This document shows, piece after piece, positions 14,201 through 27,478 of a stretch of 64,000 nt of DNA. Source of the stretch: Azolla caroliniana (taxonomy: Eukaryota > Plantae > Polypodiophyta). The position numbers and the translations under genes were made by a program. Position 1 is the first letter of the stretch. Every line of letters starts with the position of its first letter. The DNA lies in assembly GCA_043228905.1 (NCBI GenBank), contig JBHGNT010000003.1, positions 25,234,001 to 25,298,000 on the forward strand, given 5' to 3'. Under the pieces are notes generated by a model, which was given only the letters and a program-made list of their open reading frames with translations, was not told where the DNA came from and ran no database searches.

Positions 14201-17200
14201 TGCATTGCCAAATATTTCAAAGCGCTTTTTACTTTTCTATTTGAAACTAGTTGGAAGTCTTACTCTTCAACTTTTTCCAAGGTACATTGGAGTTCCCAAA
14301 ACCACTCATGCCTTGATGATGATGTGGAACTTGTGCACTTTATAAGAATCTACTTCATGTACGTTCATTCATGTCTTGTTGATCGTGAAATGTTTAAAAC
14401 ATGAATTGCTTAATAATATGTCGTAGAATGGGCATGTAGCAAACTACGGGAAACCATATGAGTGTATGCATACAAAATGTTAAGCCATAAATTATGTTTA
14501 CCTTAATTCTAGTAAATACACCAAAGGTCTTGTTTACTTAATATAATGTGTGTGAAGGGATCAATTGCATGTCACTTTGAAGATAATCAAGATAAGGTCT
14601 CAATGAAGATATCTGTGAAATGGATTTGTGAAATTTGGTGAAGTCAATAAAAGGCAACATACTTATGCTTTACATAAAATAAGTGTACAAGACGATGATT
14701 TGAACTCTAGTTCATCTCACATCATTATTTTTCCAATGTATGATTTCAATGCTAAAAAGAAGTGACCACGATTGAAATTACAATGTGTAATGATGACCTT
14801 GCCGACATATATCCAACTTGTTATCCTCCATTTGAATATATTTTTAGGTCAAACTAGAGTAGATGTATTTGTGCTTTTTCTGTTTTCAATTCCCATTCTT
14901 TATATCTATTGATAGGTACCAATAATGCAATCAAAATTTTGAAGAATAACAACATTATCTTACACATAATTGTATTACATACAATACCTAATTGGAGGAT
15001 TCCCAATTATTTCTTTGGTTGGCCAGAATGTGACCTATTCCAAAGTTTTGGGTCTCTTAATCATTCAATTTTCTTAAAAACATGTCTACTTTACACACTT
15101 GTCACAATCTTCAAAAGTTGGATTCTTATTTCTTCCAATTACTCCGTTTCTATTTCATTGGATTGATTCTTGACCAATCTTCCAATGAAATCAGGGTTAT
15201 TTTATTGTGCTATGAATGAGTGCCACTAAATGTTTGAATCATTGGAAGATATGACACCAAATGCTTGTTATTCAATGCATTTGAGTAAGGGTCTAAATCT
15301 TGTTTTTCTTTGTTCATTGTAAATGTGAGTAATGTATTTGCAAGTTTTATCTCCATTTTGACAACAACTTCTTGATTAAGTGTGAATGTGTAGCGTCCAA
15401 AATATACATGGGCACATAGTATTTCAATAGGTTCATACATGATGGAGGAGAACCTCATATTGCACCATAGTGATTTTAACCAAATAAAATTATGTGATCC
15501 TTCCAATGTAACTTTTGATTATTTTTCAAAAACTAAACATTTATTGTTACACTTAATTATTTTATGGGTTCCCCCACAATATATAATTGAACATGACAAT
15601 TCTAGCTTTAAATTGTTGGAAAAATGTATGTGAACAAGTATATAATCCCGATCCAATTAATCATAATGGCTAAGTATTGATCTAATCACAAGTTTAGCAT
15701 TCATCCATTCATACATGAAATACTCCATACATTGCAACTCAATGGATTTGCATTTTATTAACATTTGATCTCTCTCTTTTTGAATTAATGTTCGGTAATT
15801 GTGGTTGGTTCCTAGTCTCATATTTTGCCATACATCTATTCAATATTGTGATTCCCTTAGCAAGATCATGGCGCATACAGTGCCAGAATCAATATTTTAT
15901 GATCAACTAACATGTTGTGCAAAATTTTTAAAAAACCATAAGTTTTGGTATTGATGAATTTGCATTCACGTTATTTTGTGAAAATAAAAACCACTTTATA
16001 AAATGAAAAATCCATACAATCTAATAGAATGGACTTGAATTACCATATTGTGTTCGGTTTTAATTGATTTAATTAGTCTTTGAACATTCATCGACCCAAG
16101 TGCATGTATTTTGCATGATGTTTCCTATTAGACGAGAAAAAAATTAAGTTTCATGATATTTTATGGCAACATTTGCTCCTTAAGTTTGAAAAAATTGTGA
16201 AATGATGAGTCATAAAATACTCTTGAAAGTTAAGCACGCAGACAAGGCTAAAAAAAATAAGAGAGGGCGTTGTAATGTCGTCCTATACAATCACACTCGA
16301 GTTGTGGACCATGTTCGAGCAAGAGGGCACGAACTAACAATGACAACGATCACTTTTGATCATATTCACAAAGTAACAAAGCAAGTGACATAGAAATTAC
16401 CTGTCCATGCATGGATAGGTGAGATGAAATGTCTCCTTCTGTTTTCTATATGTACATTTCTCAAGTAATATACTAAGGTGTATCTTTCTTGCAATAAAAA
16501 ATAAAAAAATTACCTGTCCATGCACATAATTCGTTGCATGGATTATATAAGAGGAAATTAACAAATAAAACAATAGAAATCATTGAAAAGTAGAGTTTCG
16601 GAAGGAATCAATAATGGTGACTCCAATAAAAAGAGGGAAATTAATAAACACCGGAAGTCTTTGGATAGAAGCATTAACAAAGCCATAATTTGTTAAAATC
16701 ATTGCATGGAAATATCTGAACTCCGGTGAAACAAAGAGAATTAAGTAAATAATAGTCGTCCCTAGGAAGGAACAAATCAATAAATGATCAAAATTGTTGC
16801 ATGGAAGTGTAGGAGGAACGTCAATAAATGATTGTCTTTGTTGCATAGATGTAATGAAAAGATAAGACATTCTCAGCTGTAAAATTTAATAACTAATGGA
16901 AGGAGTTTTGTTCTTGGAAATAATAATAAGATAACACATCCTCGCTTTTCGCCAAGGAACTTAGTACATGCCTTACTACTTAGTGCAATTGACTAAATAC
17001 GTACATGTAAGATATCCTAATAGCAGCACCTTTTGGGCATGCACAATAAGTTGATATGACACATTTTAGGATATTTTGATTCTCCTATAAAGCATTATTG
17101 AAGAGAGGATATGACATTTATCGAGATCACTTTTCTAATGTCACACAACCATAAAAAGTATTAACCACAATTTATAATTCCTAATGACTTTCACTAACTA

Positions 17201-19189
17201 ACATGTGATTTATCTCGAATATATTCTTTATGGGAGATATGTTTCAATGTGATGGATGACATGACATCATTGCCTATGGTTTTTACTCATATTTTAACAA
17301 ATGTTTATCCATCTCCACACCAAGATAAACAAATTTTGTAGCATATTATTTCATGTCTCTTTAACATTCACTAAACCCTACCATTTCTCCAAATGCTCGA
17401 TGGAAGGTAATGTGATGTAGTAGCTATGTATGAGTATGTGTGAAGTACAATGGCATTGATAAACAATCTCATCGTTTATTGCATTTTTCATGATCCCTTC
17501 CATCTAATTATTGACGTCGTGGTTTGTATTATGATCCTCTACTACATTTAAGATCGGTATTTCTACCTATGTTTTGTGATTCCTTTTAGTACAATATAGT
17601 GCCAATAAGTGGGAGAAGACCCCCATGTGTTCATGCGTTGTCATAATTTGATAACAAGTAATATGTAAATAATTCAATGTTTTTCTCTTACCTTCTGCTT
17701 GAGTCACATTATCAAACAATGTGTTCAAGTATCATTATGTAGGTACCGTTTGAGTCACATTACAATTGCAAAGACCAAATGTGACATGTTCCAATTCTTA
17801 ACTCTACATCTTGGGAGATGAAGAGAATGCACGAGTTAATTATGCAAACAATTCTTGAATATTCAAAGAACTTGTGCAAATGGGAAAGGTCATTGCCCAA
17901 TAAGAATCTACAAACAATTAATTTGAGCTCCTTAACTAAAATTAAAGGAGAATAGAAGTAATACTACCAAACAAATCTAATTAAGAAAGAGAATACAATA
18001 ACAATCCAAGTACTTAAATAGTGCTAAGGAAATGTTATATTTATATTAACTTTTTTTTATAAGTTTGCACTTGTAATTTCAGTTTTAAGTAGATATAACC
18101 AAGACATTCTTAATTAAAAACCAAAGGCACTTGTTGTACCTTCAACCATTGTTACTTGGGGTCGAAGCTACCATCGTTTGCTTATGATACGATCTACCTT
18201 TAAAAATTACAATTCCAACTGCCCACACGAAGTGAAGGCAATAGGAAAAAACTTTAGTTAATAATGCTTCTCATCATTGAAAATGCATGCATCACGATAA
18301 TGGTGACATATGTTATCCTATCTAAACATCGAGCTTATATATCAAACATACAAAACCGTAATGGCTATAAAAAGGATCAATGTAGCAAGTCTGCAATGAA
18401 TCATATTCTCATTAAGGACTAATTTCTATTCGTAGTTGTCAAATTACTAAAACGTCGGATCCATACGTTTTCGAGATTATGAACTTTCAAGTAAATAAAG
18501 AAAACTTCAAAGTTGAGAGATATGTATGCCGTTTTCTACCATGTTTATGTTGGTGCGACTCATATATCGCATGCAAAAACCTCATCGGTGCCCTCATATA
18601 AATTCCAACAAATAGAACAAAAGTCTACAAGCTAATAATGTATAACACGAGACACACACATGGTCTCCAAATTCTTGTGGCACACATGGCTAGGCACACT
18701 AGTGACTATACCTTTGCATCACGTGGCGAGGAAGACTCTACATAACACATTATTACTAAGGACATTATACTCTTCATATGTTGGCCCCTTCTCGAAGACA
18801 CGATCAGTTCATGGCTCTTTTAAGCGCATGATCACCCGACTCTTTTTATCTGCCTTGTTGGGCCCGAACAACTGTAGCGCATCACAGGCTGGGCTCCAGA
18901 GAGGCTCGACCGAGAAAGGGAATGAGCCGGCAATACGGCGGACAAATGAGAAGAAAAAGCCAACACACACACACACACACAAATGAGAAGAAAAACCAAG
19001 GCATGCACACCACCGTGTGGACAAGACAAAAGGAAACATAAGGCAGGTTGGCCGAGGGCATTCCGTGGAATTAACAAAAACCTTCCCTTCCAAGTATTTT
19101 GAGAAACCTTGGGCTTCTCTGTTCTGGCAGATCTGCTTTCATTCGCCATGGCGATTCCTTCCATTTCATTTTTTTTTTTCTCTTTCTTT

Positions 19190-19465
19190 CTTTTCCGAGC
19201 CTCCTCCGCCTCTTCTCATCAACGCCACACACCTATGCTTCTTTCTGAGTTCTCATTTTTTCCTTTTTTTTTTTTGCTGTGCAGAAAAAACGGATCGATT
19301 CTTGCAGTACCACGATGTCATCAGATCGCTGTGAAATAGAGCTATTATTTCTCTTCTTTTCCGAACCTCCTCCGCCTCTTCTTGTCAATGCCACAGCTAG
19401 GGTTTTTTTTTTCTGAGATTTTTTTTTTTTCCCTATGCAGAAACGGATCGTTCGTGCAATAAAAC
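19190..19465. repeat. Diverged tandem duplication (~166-bp period) in a pyrimidine-rich, 5'-UTR-like segment
   Basis: TTTTCCGA(G/A)CCTCCTCCGCCTCTTCT...GCCACA...TGCAGAAA..CGGATCG occurs at ~19191 and ~19357. Confidence 0.75.
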
Positions 19466-22400
19466 GACCTCACTAAAACACACATATATATCGCAAACTC
19501 ATTTATTGGGCTTTCTCTGAAAGATCGATCAGGTACTTAATTACTCCTCCTTTTCTATGTCTTTTCAGTAAAAGAAAAGGCAATACTTTAACGTGTAGTT
19601 TTATTTTTATTCTTCGGCTTCTCCTTTATTTATTTATTTTGCTTTTCTCTCCTTTGGTTTGCTTTTCTTTATTCAGTAAAAAAAATATCTTAATTCATTG
19701 GATGAATTTAAATTGTTTTTTGGTTTTCTTGGTTTTACTTTCTCTTTTTGTCTTCTGTGCGCTATTATATTTCTATTATGTTTAGTTTTTTAATCAGGTT
19801 TTGCCGTAAAAATACACTTTCACATCGTTTGATGGATTTATATATTTTGCTTTTTAGTACCTTTTTGTTTGATATGTCTGTTGCTCAGCTACAAATTTAG
19901 AACTGATCAGGTACTCTACTCCTTCAAGTTTAAATAAATAAAAAACTTTACATCAATGCTGTGAATTTATATAGATCTGTTTTTGTTTTTTTGTCTTAAA
20001 TAGATTGTGCTAACCTAGAACCGATCAGGTTTCTTCTCCTTTGCCATTTAAAACTATCTTTACATCATAAGACAAATTCTACGTTGTATTTTCTGTTTTT
20101 CATTACTTCTTTTGCTTTTGTACATTATCCTCAATCCAGGACCAGTTTCCACACTATTCGATGAATTTTATAGGTATATTAGTTTTCGGCTTTTATACTT
20201 TTCTTGTTTTCTGTAGTTTTTGCTGCTTTTCTTTTTTCTTTTCATAGGTTATATTAAGAAGTCTCCTCAGGCCTCATGGAACTCTGCTTTTAGGACCCAT
20301 CATATGCGTTCTTGGGCCTTAATGAGAATAAAAAGCTTTCCTCTACTCAGTGAATTTATACCCTTTTTTGCATTTGTTCTTGTTTTTTTCGTCCATTTTC
20401 CTTTGGCTTTTGATAGATATATACCTCACAGCGAAATTTCTTGAATACATAAGTTATAACCATAAATTTCCCAATGAATTAATTAGGATGCTGCTAAGGA
20501 GGGCTTTCTTGTTCTTTGCATTTATTTCTTTATGTATTTTAACTTTTTAGTACATAAGTTTCGAGGATTGTTGGATACCCAATTGTTACACAAGCATATA
20601 CACCTGAATCGAGTTTGTTTTAATGACTTGATATTCTTTTAGCAAATATCTTAGACAAAATTGTATGATGAGTTGTCTAGGTTATTAGACCCTCCTTAGA
20701 GCACCCTTATATGTTATTTTGATTGTCTCAGGTTGCGAGACCCCTCCCTTAGAACTTGTAGAACACTTTTAGATATTATTTTGATGATCTGCTACAAGTT
20801 CTTTACCCAAACCACTTTCAAAATACAGTTTTAGTGCTTTTAAGCACAACAATTTTACATCTGTCGATGTATTCTGCACATTAGCATAATCTTCTACTGC
20901 CCATTGACGTTTCACAGTAATGTAAGTTGTTACTAAAATTTTTAAAGAGAAAATAGAATTAACAGGAATATGTAAGGAAATGAACATAAATACTATATCA
21001 TTGTAGGACAAGAAATATTTTATGCCATCAGAAATCATGCTCTCAGAAACAAAGAAAAAATACAAAGGTGTCATCTTCCTGTCATAATTGGATGGTATTG
21101 GATCACAAAGAAGAATCAATTGCGAGTGAGGTGGATAAATATGTAATGCTGCATAGAGTCTGGATCCTGCCGTGAGATCTTCGGATCCTTGATCCCTTGC
21201 TCTCTTACCCCATCACCCTCCTCGACGTGAGCATGTGATTGGTCTTAATCTTGACGCAATTGTCCGATAATTCCATAATAAATTTATGGTTTTTGTTTTT
21301 ATGTATTGAAGGTGGTATATCTTAGAAATAGATGTATTTAATCATTTCTTCTATCATAGTGTTTGCAAACTCTAATTCCTGTAAATCCCTATGGATTGAA
21401 TGACCAAAGAGAAATGAAAAGTTGAGGTAACATCTTCAAAAGGCCAAAAGTTACATCCGTGTAAATTTTATAGACTCTATGGTGAAGTAAAATAAGATAA
21501 AAGTGTACCAAAACGAGGTAGCTGCACTATGTAACTAGGCTGAGGGCAAAGAACAATGATATAGGTAGAGATCATGAGTACAAGTAATCTGGAAGATAAA
21601 TTTACAAAATAAATATACCTGGGTTGGTAGAACTTAAGTGGGTCAGACCATGGGATGATGCCTTATTGCACCAATATTCTCAGTAATGAACCAACCGGTA
21701 TCCTTCGATGAAAGCTAAGTCTTCTATGCAATGCTCCTTGTATCCTCAATTAAGCAACATCCTTCTATAGTCTCTTGGCATAGAGGGGAGGTTCTAGCAA
21801 TAACTGTCTACCCACTTTAAAATTCATCACTACTCCCTCTGAATTGAACACTTGTCTATTTCCAGTCTGGAGAAAGTTTTTGTTATTTCCCCAAATGCCA
21901 ATGGACAACCTAGTATCGAGCAATGTTTTGTCCCATCTAGGATGATGTCGTCAGTTCTTGCCTTTTTTCTCAATTATAGATGCTAATTGAGCAACTATAT
22001 GGCGAATTCATCCCATTTTTATCTCTTACACAGTTTAACCAGGCAGATTTGTAGACATAGTTGGAGCTTAGGAGCATTGTAAGAAACAGAAGAAAAATCA
22101 ATGGTTTTTCAGAGTTTTTTGCCTTCAAATTTAATCCCATCATCCCACGATGACGCATGTTATGGGATGATGCATAAATTTTAACAGGAAAATTAACAGT
22201 ATCACGACATAAACATTAGAGAAGTGGGCTCATTTCAACATGGAAAATATTGAAAACTTATTTTGTGAAGAGTTTTTTGCAAGCACCAAAGAGAATGTTT
22301 TCATACTCTGAGGAGAAGGTTTTCCTGCAGTGTTCTTGCTTATTTATCAATTTTTCTTCAGTGTAGATATAATGCTCGTTTCTCTCATTTCTGAGTTGAG

Positions 22401-22555
22401 TACTTAAATATCAAGGAATAATTAGACATTGAGCCCTTTCACTATTTTTATCTAGTTCTTCTCTAGAGTCTTGTGTTTTTGAATTCACTCAAATTTGATT
22501 CTTGGACAAGGACGAAGTTGGCTAACATATATTTTTTCCTTTGAAATATGAACAG

Positions 22556-25497
22556 GTTTTGGTAGTTCTTGATAATCCACTGGACAATTTTTTTAGCTGC
22601 TGCAGGGTCGATTGTAATGGTTGAATTTGTTGCTGGGTTCTGATTTCTGAATAGCTAAACTTTTTCCTTTTACTAGGTGGTTTTACGAAATCCTACCAAT
22701 GAGATTATGATACCAATTGTAGAGGAGTTGTGTCAATGCCTACCATTGGAAAGGTATTTAGGGTTAGGACAAGGTTGCTAGATGTTCCTGATGTTGAAGA
22801 AGGTGGGTATTGAACGAGAATTCAAAGTGGTACTTTATGTATAAAACATTTATGATTGTGTGCAATGGGTCTTGAACATACTCTTAAGCACTTATTCTCA
22901 ATAAGGGGTGCTATGGAATATTATGGTAAGAAACCTTATTCGGGTCTTCATTATGGATACAATTGAAATAATTTAATCCTTCATGTTTTAACTACTGCAT
23001 GAACGAAATCAATATTCAAGTCGTACTTATAATATTTTAACCTAGTTCTATCTATCATTGAGATTATTATTTTCAGCTATTGAAGAATATAAAGAAATCA
23101 GTCTCACTTTATATTTTGCTTTTACAGAACCTCCATTTGAATTTCATGCTTTTAACACAACTTGGAACTGCAATCAATATCCTGTTTTATGTGTAACACA
23201 TCCTTACATCTATGAAGCTTATTTATAGCAATTCATTTCACTTACAGTCTTGTGTGTGTAGGGATATACCAATGGCATTGCCTGTGTATCCTTACACAAC
23301 TATTATTTCTTGCCATAGATTAGTTATGAGAGTATCCCTCAGTATCCCTCAGATTAAGTTGATTGTATGTGTTTAGAGTTTTAGTTTGTGAGTCCAGAAT
23401 TCTTGTGTATGGACGGAAATTTTCACTGGAGTAGTTTTGTTCTGTAAACATGATATGATGATTGGGATTGGGCCCTCGGATCAAACATTAAGCATGCATA
23501 TCTACTGCCATAAAAGTTAGGAGTGAGTGATGACATGGTTAAATGTTAAAGAATATAAATTTTAATGTGGACATTAATATCAGGGTTGGTCACTTTAATA
23601 CTTTGCAGGTGTGTGAAAGTTAGCAAGTTTTTGACGCACATGCTACAAAAGAAGAGTTATTCCTACTTTTGCTCTTTTGGGAGTTCGAGCACGTTTAAGG
23701 TATGGAGTCTGGAGAGGGGGGCTCGATGTAAATTTTTGGAAGGAGAGAAATGTCTCAAGAAGAGAATGCCAACCTCTGCCGTATTGTCCTTCTAGAAGGA
23801 AAAAATTAGGGTTTCTGTTTAGTCTTTGGCTGATCAGAAACTAGGATTTCTGATGACTGTTGGAAGTTAGTGTGTATCTGAATGGTTTTTCCGATTTTTT
23901 GTTTGCAGATTTAGAAAACTAGGGTTTCTGGTCTCCTGGTTGCATATCGAACTTTTCACTGTCTTTCACATATCAGAAAAACCTTTGTTGATCAGACAAT
24001 AAAGAATTATTTATATATTGTTTACATATTCAGCAATCGTGATATCTGATATATCCTAAGAAAATCGAATAATAGGGTTTTTAACATCACTGCAGATCGG
24101 CTGGCACACTTGTAGTGTTATGCTGTCCGAAACAGTCTATTATTGTAATCGTTTGATTCTAATCGGAATAATAAATAAATACTGAAGCAGGCTCCAAGCT
24201 TTGGGCCGATCTATGGATTGTGACAAATCTTCTAAACTCTGACTCTTCTCAAGCACATTTTTAATGATTTTGATAAATCTAATTATGTGTAAAGATGCTT
24301 GCTGCCTCAAAGTTTTTCCGGCTGGTTTCAGGGAGCTACTTACACCAACGAAGCTTATATATAAATAACATTGCATTTTAGATGAAATCTAATAAGGTTG
24401 TTATGAGTTTTTGCCAGTGGTGTAGCCTTAGATATCGTCATTATTTATGTAGAGCCCAAGTCGGATTCTTTTGCATTCCTTCAATTGACACAGTGGGTTT
24501 ATCAGCTTTGCTCTTGGCAGAAGTATGTGTGTCATCGTGACTGCTTGACATGGGTCACTTGTTTTCTGAAATTTTATAGACTTCAGTCAACGACTAACAA
24601 TGTCTATATTGTTATTAACCTAATTGGCGTGTCTGTAATTTACATCTAGTTTCTGAAGCTTAAGAGTGGGAAGACGAGAGTAACTGCTCATGCACCGAAG
24701 GTAAGCCATTCGGGGATTGGGTCTATTTGTAAGTGGAACTTCTTGATTAAAAGTAGTTATGCAGAAGTGCAAGTCTGTTTTGTAGCGAAAACATCTTCTT
24801 TTTTGGGGGAAAAAAAACCCTATCCATATTAATGTTCATTGTCAAATATTAGTGGTAAACCTGAGAACAACTTATGTAATGTTCTTATCAAGCAATCACA
24901 TGCTTATAATGTGAGTAACTTGTGGTTTTAAATTAAAATATTATTTAAAATTGATCATTATAATATGAGCCATGTATTAGTGTCAAATCAAAAGTACATT
25001 GCACCACTAAATCTTCTCTGTCTTAAAAACAAAACCCATGTTATATAATGGAATGAATCTTGAAGCTTTGGATGGATCATCCATGCTCATACTAGTTTGT
25101 GTTAAAAGGTCGTATTCATAGGAAAAAATTCACCTCTTACTAGAACATCCAGAAGTTTTCAGAAATTATGACAGGATGTTCTAGTGAAATTTTACAGCTG
25201 AGGGTGCTCATAGAAGTATTGAAATAAGTGAAGACGATTTTCTTTTATGGTCTATAGTGACTTGGATGGTTATTCCTATTAACTTGACATGGACAGGTTC
25301 AAGATGAAGTCGAGCAACTTTTGGATGAACATGTTATGGCTGATCTTTTACTGTCGTCTCCTCCTGATAATGGTCTTCATATTCATCCAGGCATGAAATT
25401 CCCTGTTTTGTCCAAATTTTGTTTAGTGGGTAAAAAATCATGCAATTGCCCAAGGTTAAATTTGGTATGCTTCAGGTTAGATTTTGAACAAACTTAG
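22556..25497 (+). CDS. Candidate small multi-exon gene or gene fragment of unknown function
   Basis: Segments 22556-22606, 22677-22753, 23609-23699 and 24650-24700 (AG..GT-bounded) plus 25297-25497 (or a GC donor at 25390) splice into one stop-free frame: VLVVLDNPLDNFFSCCR-VVLRNPTNEIMIPIVEELCQCLPLER-CVKVSKFLTHMLQKKSYSYFCSFGSSSTFK-FLKLKSGKTRVTAHAPK-VQDEVEQLLDEHVMADLLLSSPPDNGLHIHP... No homologue recognised and the start codon is undefined. Confidence 0.35.
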
Positions 25498-26008
25498 TTT
25501 ACTGGGTGCTTGAGTTTAGTTTAGTGCAAACACTAGTTTAGTGAATGCTTAAGATTAGATTATTGCAAACTTAGTATGGTTGGTTGAGCACTTAAACTTC
25601 TTCAAAGGGTCATCTGTGAGGTCTAATGCTGAAACTATTTATTTGCCATCAGTCCATATAGATTTAGAAAACCATGTGACTTAGATGCTTTTTTTCATAG
25701 TTTTTTCTACTTCTATTTGAAGAATAGTTTCCGATTACATGGTCATTGTGTGCAGCGCAATAATTGCCAGAATCAACAAAGCGTGTTGTCATCGGTTATT
25801 ATACTTTTGGGTAGATCACAAACATACCCCTACCATTTTGGATATTTTGCAGAACACCTGTCAGTTGTCAAAAAGTCTAACCATTAGTGGGTTATCGTCT
25901 TAAAGTTTTGAAAACTGGGGCATTTGGGATATACAAAATTAGAGTGTCAGTAGTAGTTTTCCCTCCTAGAGTATTTTGTATACGAAATGTTGTTTTCTGT
26001 TGTTTAGG

Positions 26009-26157
26009 AGGTGAAATCCAAAAGCCTTTGTTTCCTTAAAACGCAATAACAAAATAATTTGCACCATTCTAATAACAAAATAATTTGCACTGTGTTAGAA
26101 TGGTGCAAATTATTTTGTTATTGCATATAAGGAAACAAGGGCTTTTGGATTTCATCT
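26009..26157 (+). other. Long inverted repeat (~63-bp arms); pre-miRNA-like or MITE-like hairpin
   Basis: Left arm AGGTGAAATCCAAAAGCCTTTGTTTCCTTA..GCAATAACAAAATAATTTGCACCATTCTAA (26009-26072) pairs with 26095-26157. Two mismatches become G:U pairs on the + strand. Confidence 0.8.
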
Positions 26158-26657
26158 AGAGAGCCTTCTTAGGGCAGGAACTGCTGTGTCAGGAATATTT
26201 GGAATGAATATTCCATATCTGATATGGTTTATGTGCTCAAATGGATACTATGTTCGTCATTCAAACTGCTTTGTCTCTTATATCAGGCCCAATTGCGTTG
26301 AAAAATGAGCAGTCTCTTTACTTAGCTATTGTTTGGATGGTTAAATTGGTTTTTAAGGTTACTTTTGATGGTCAAAGATTCTGCATCTTAGTCCCTTTAT
26401 TAGGCTAGTTTGGATGATTAAATTAGTCTATTAGGTTAATTTTGACTGTCAAATAGTGTGCATTCAGTTTGTATCTAGTTATCAGTTTTGAATATAAAAA
26501 ATAATCGATCAAATCATACCGTTGCATAGATTATATACCTAAGGAACATATCTTTCTGTGCAATGTAATCCAATCCCAGCCAAAACACATGCTTCCTCTG
26601 TACTTTCTTCTGAGAGAATATTTTGAATTAAGAACCATACACCTAGGCAGTAATGTT

Positions 26658-26801
26658 GATCATTTTCTCGAGTTCACAGGGAGCTATATCAATAAACATG
26701 ACAGGAAGTTGGCCAGAGAGATATGTTGTTGGATCATTTTCTCGAGTTCACGGGGAGCTATATCAATAAACATATGATGGGAAGTTGGCCAGAGAGATAT
26801 G
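26658..26801. repeat. Tandem duplication, ~74-bp period, 2 copies
   Basis: GATCATTTTCTCGAGTTCAC(A/G)GGGAGCTATATCAATAAACAT..GGAAGTTGGCCAGAGAGATATG at 26658 and 26732. Confidence 0.9.
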
Positions 26802-27478
26802 ATTAAATACTCCTCTAACGCAATGATGTTTATCTCCCACAAATCATTTATGTTAGTACAGCGTAAAGGAAAAATGTCATTCAAGGACCAAATAATACAG
26901 TTGCATTAGAATATGCTAAAACACTGTCCCTGAAAAACGTATCTTTCCCTGCAATGTAAGTTCAACCTGAAAACATGTCCTTTACATTGTTGAAAGTAAC
27001 CTGATGCTTCTAAACACTGGAAAATTAGAAATGTCTAAACTGTATGAAAAACATATATTTCGGCATAAATCAGCTCAACTGAAAACGCATACTTTACATT
27101 GCTAAAAGTAATCCAATGCATCTAAACATCATAAGTCAGCATTGTATACAATTATGACTCCTATACCTCATGCATATACATGCATGCATATACACTATTC
27201 AATGATGCTTGTAGACAACAATTTGAACACACAGCCATTGATAAACAGGTTATATTTTTTCCTTTGAAGGAACTATGCAATCTATTTTTTATACATGACA
27301 AGAGCTGCTAAAACATTATGTGTATAAATACGAAATGCAAAGGTAATGATTAACTTAACATAGTTCAAAAACTTGGAACATGTCTTTGCGTACAATATTT
27401 GTAGTCAGAATATCTTAATATACTCATGCCTTCAACAAAATTTGTGGTAAGAAAGAAACATTCTATAAAGGCTTATAT

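Noticed and set aside
21350-22330. Minus-strand frame broken by TAA/TAG/TGA stops, suggesting an organellar insert needing U-to-C editing (maturase-like) or a pseudogene
   Set aside because: Stop density is near random for AT-rich DNA and no convincing maturase or other family motif could be aligned.
19500-26000. Intronic C/D-box snoRNA cluster hypothesis for the orphan locus (TGATGA motifs at ~20666, 23528 and 23851)
   Set aside because: No properly spaced CTGA box with terminal stem or recognisable rRNA-antisense element was found.
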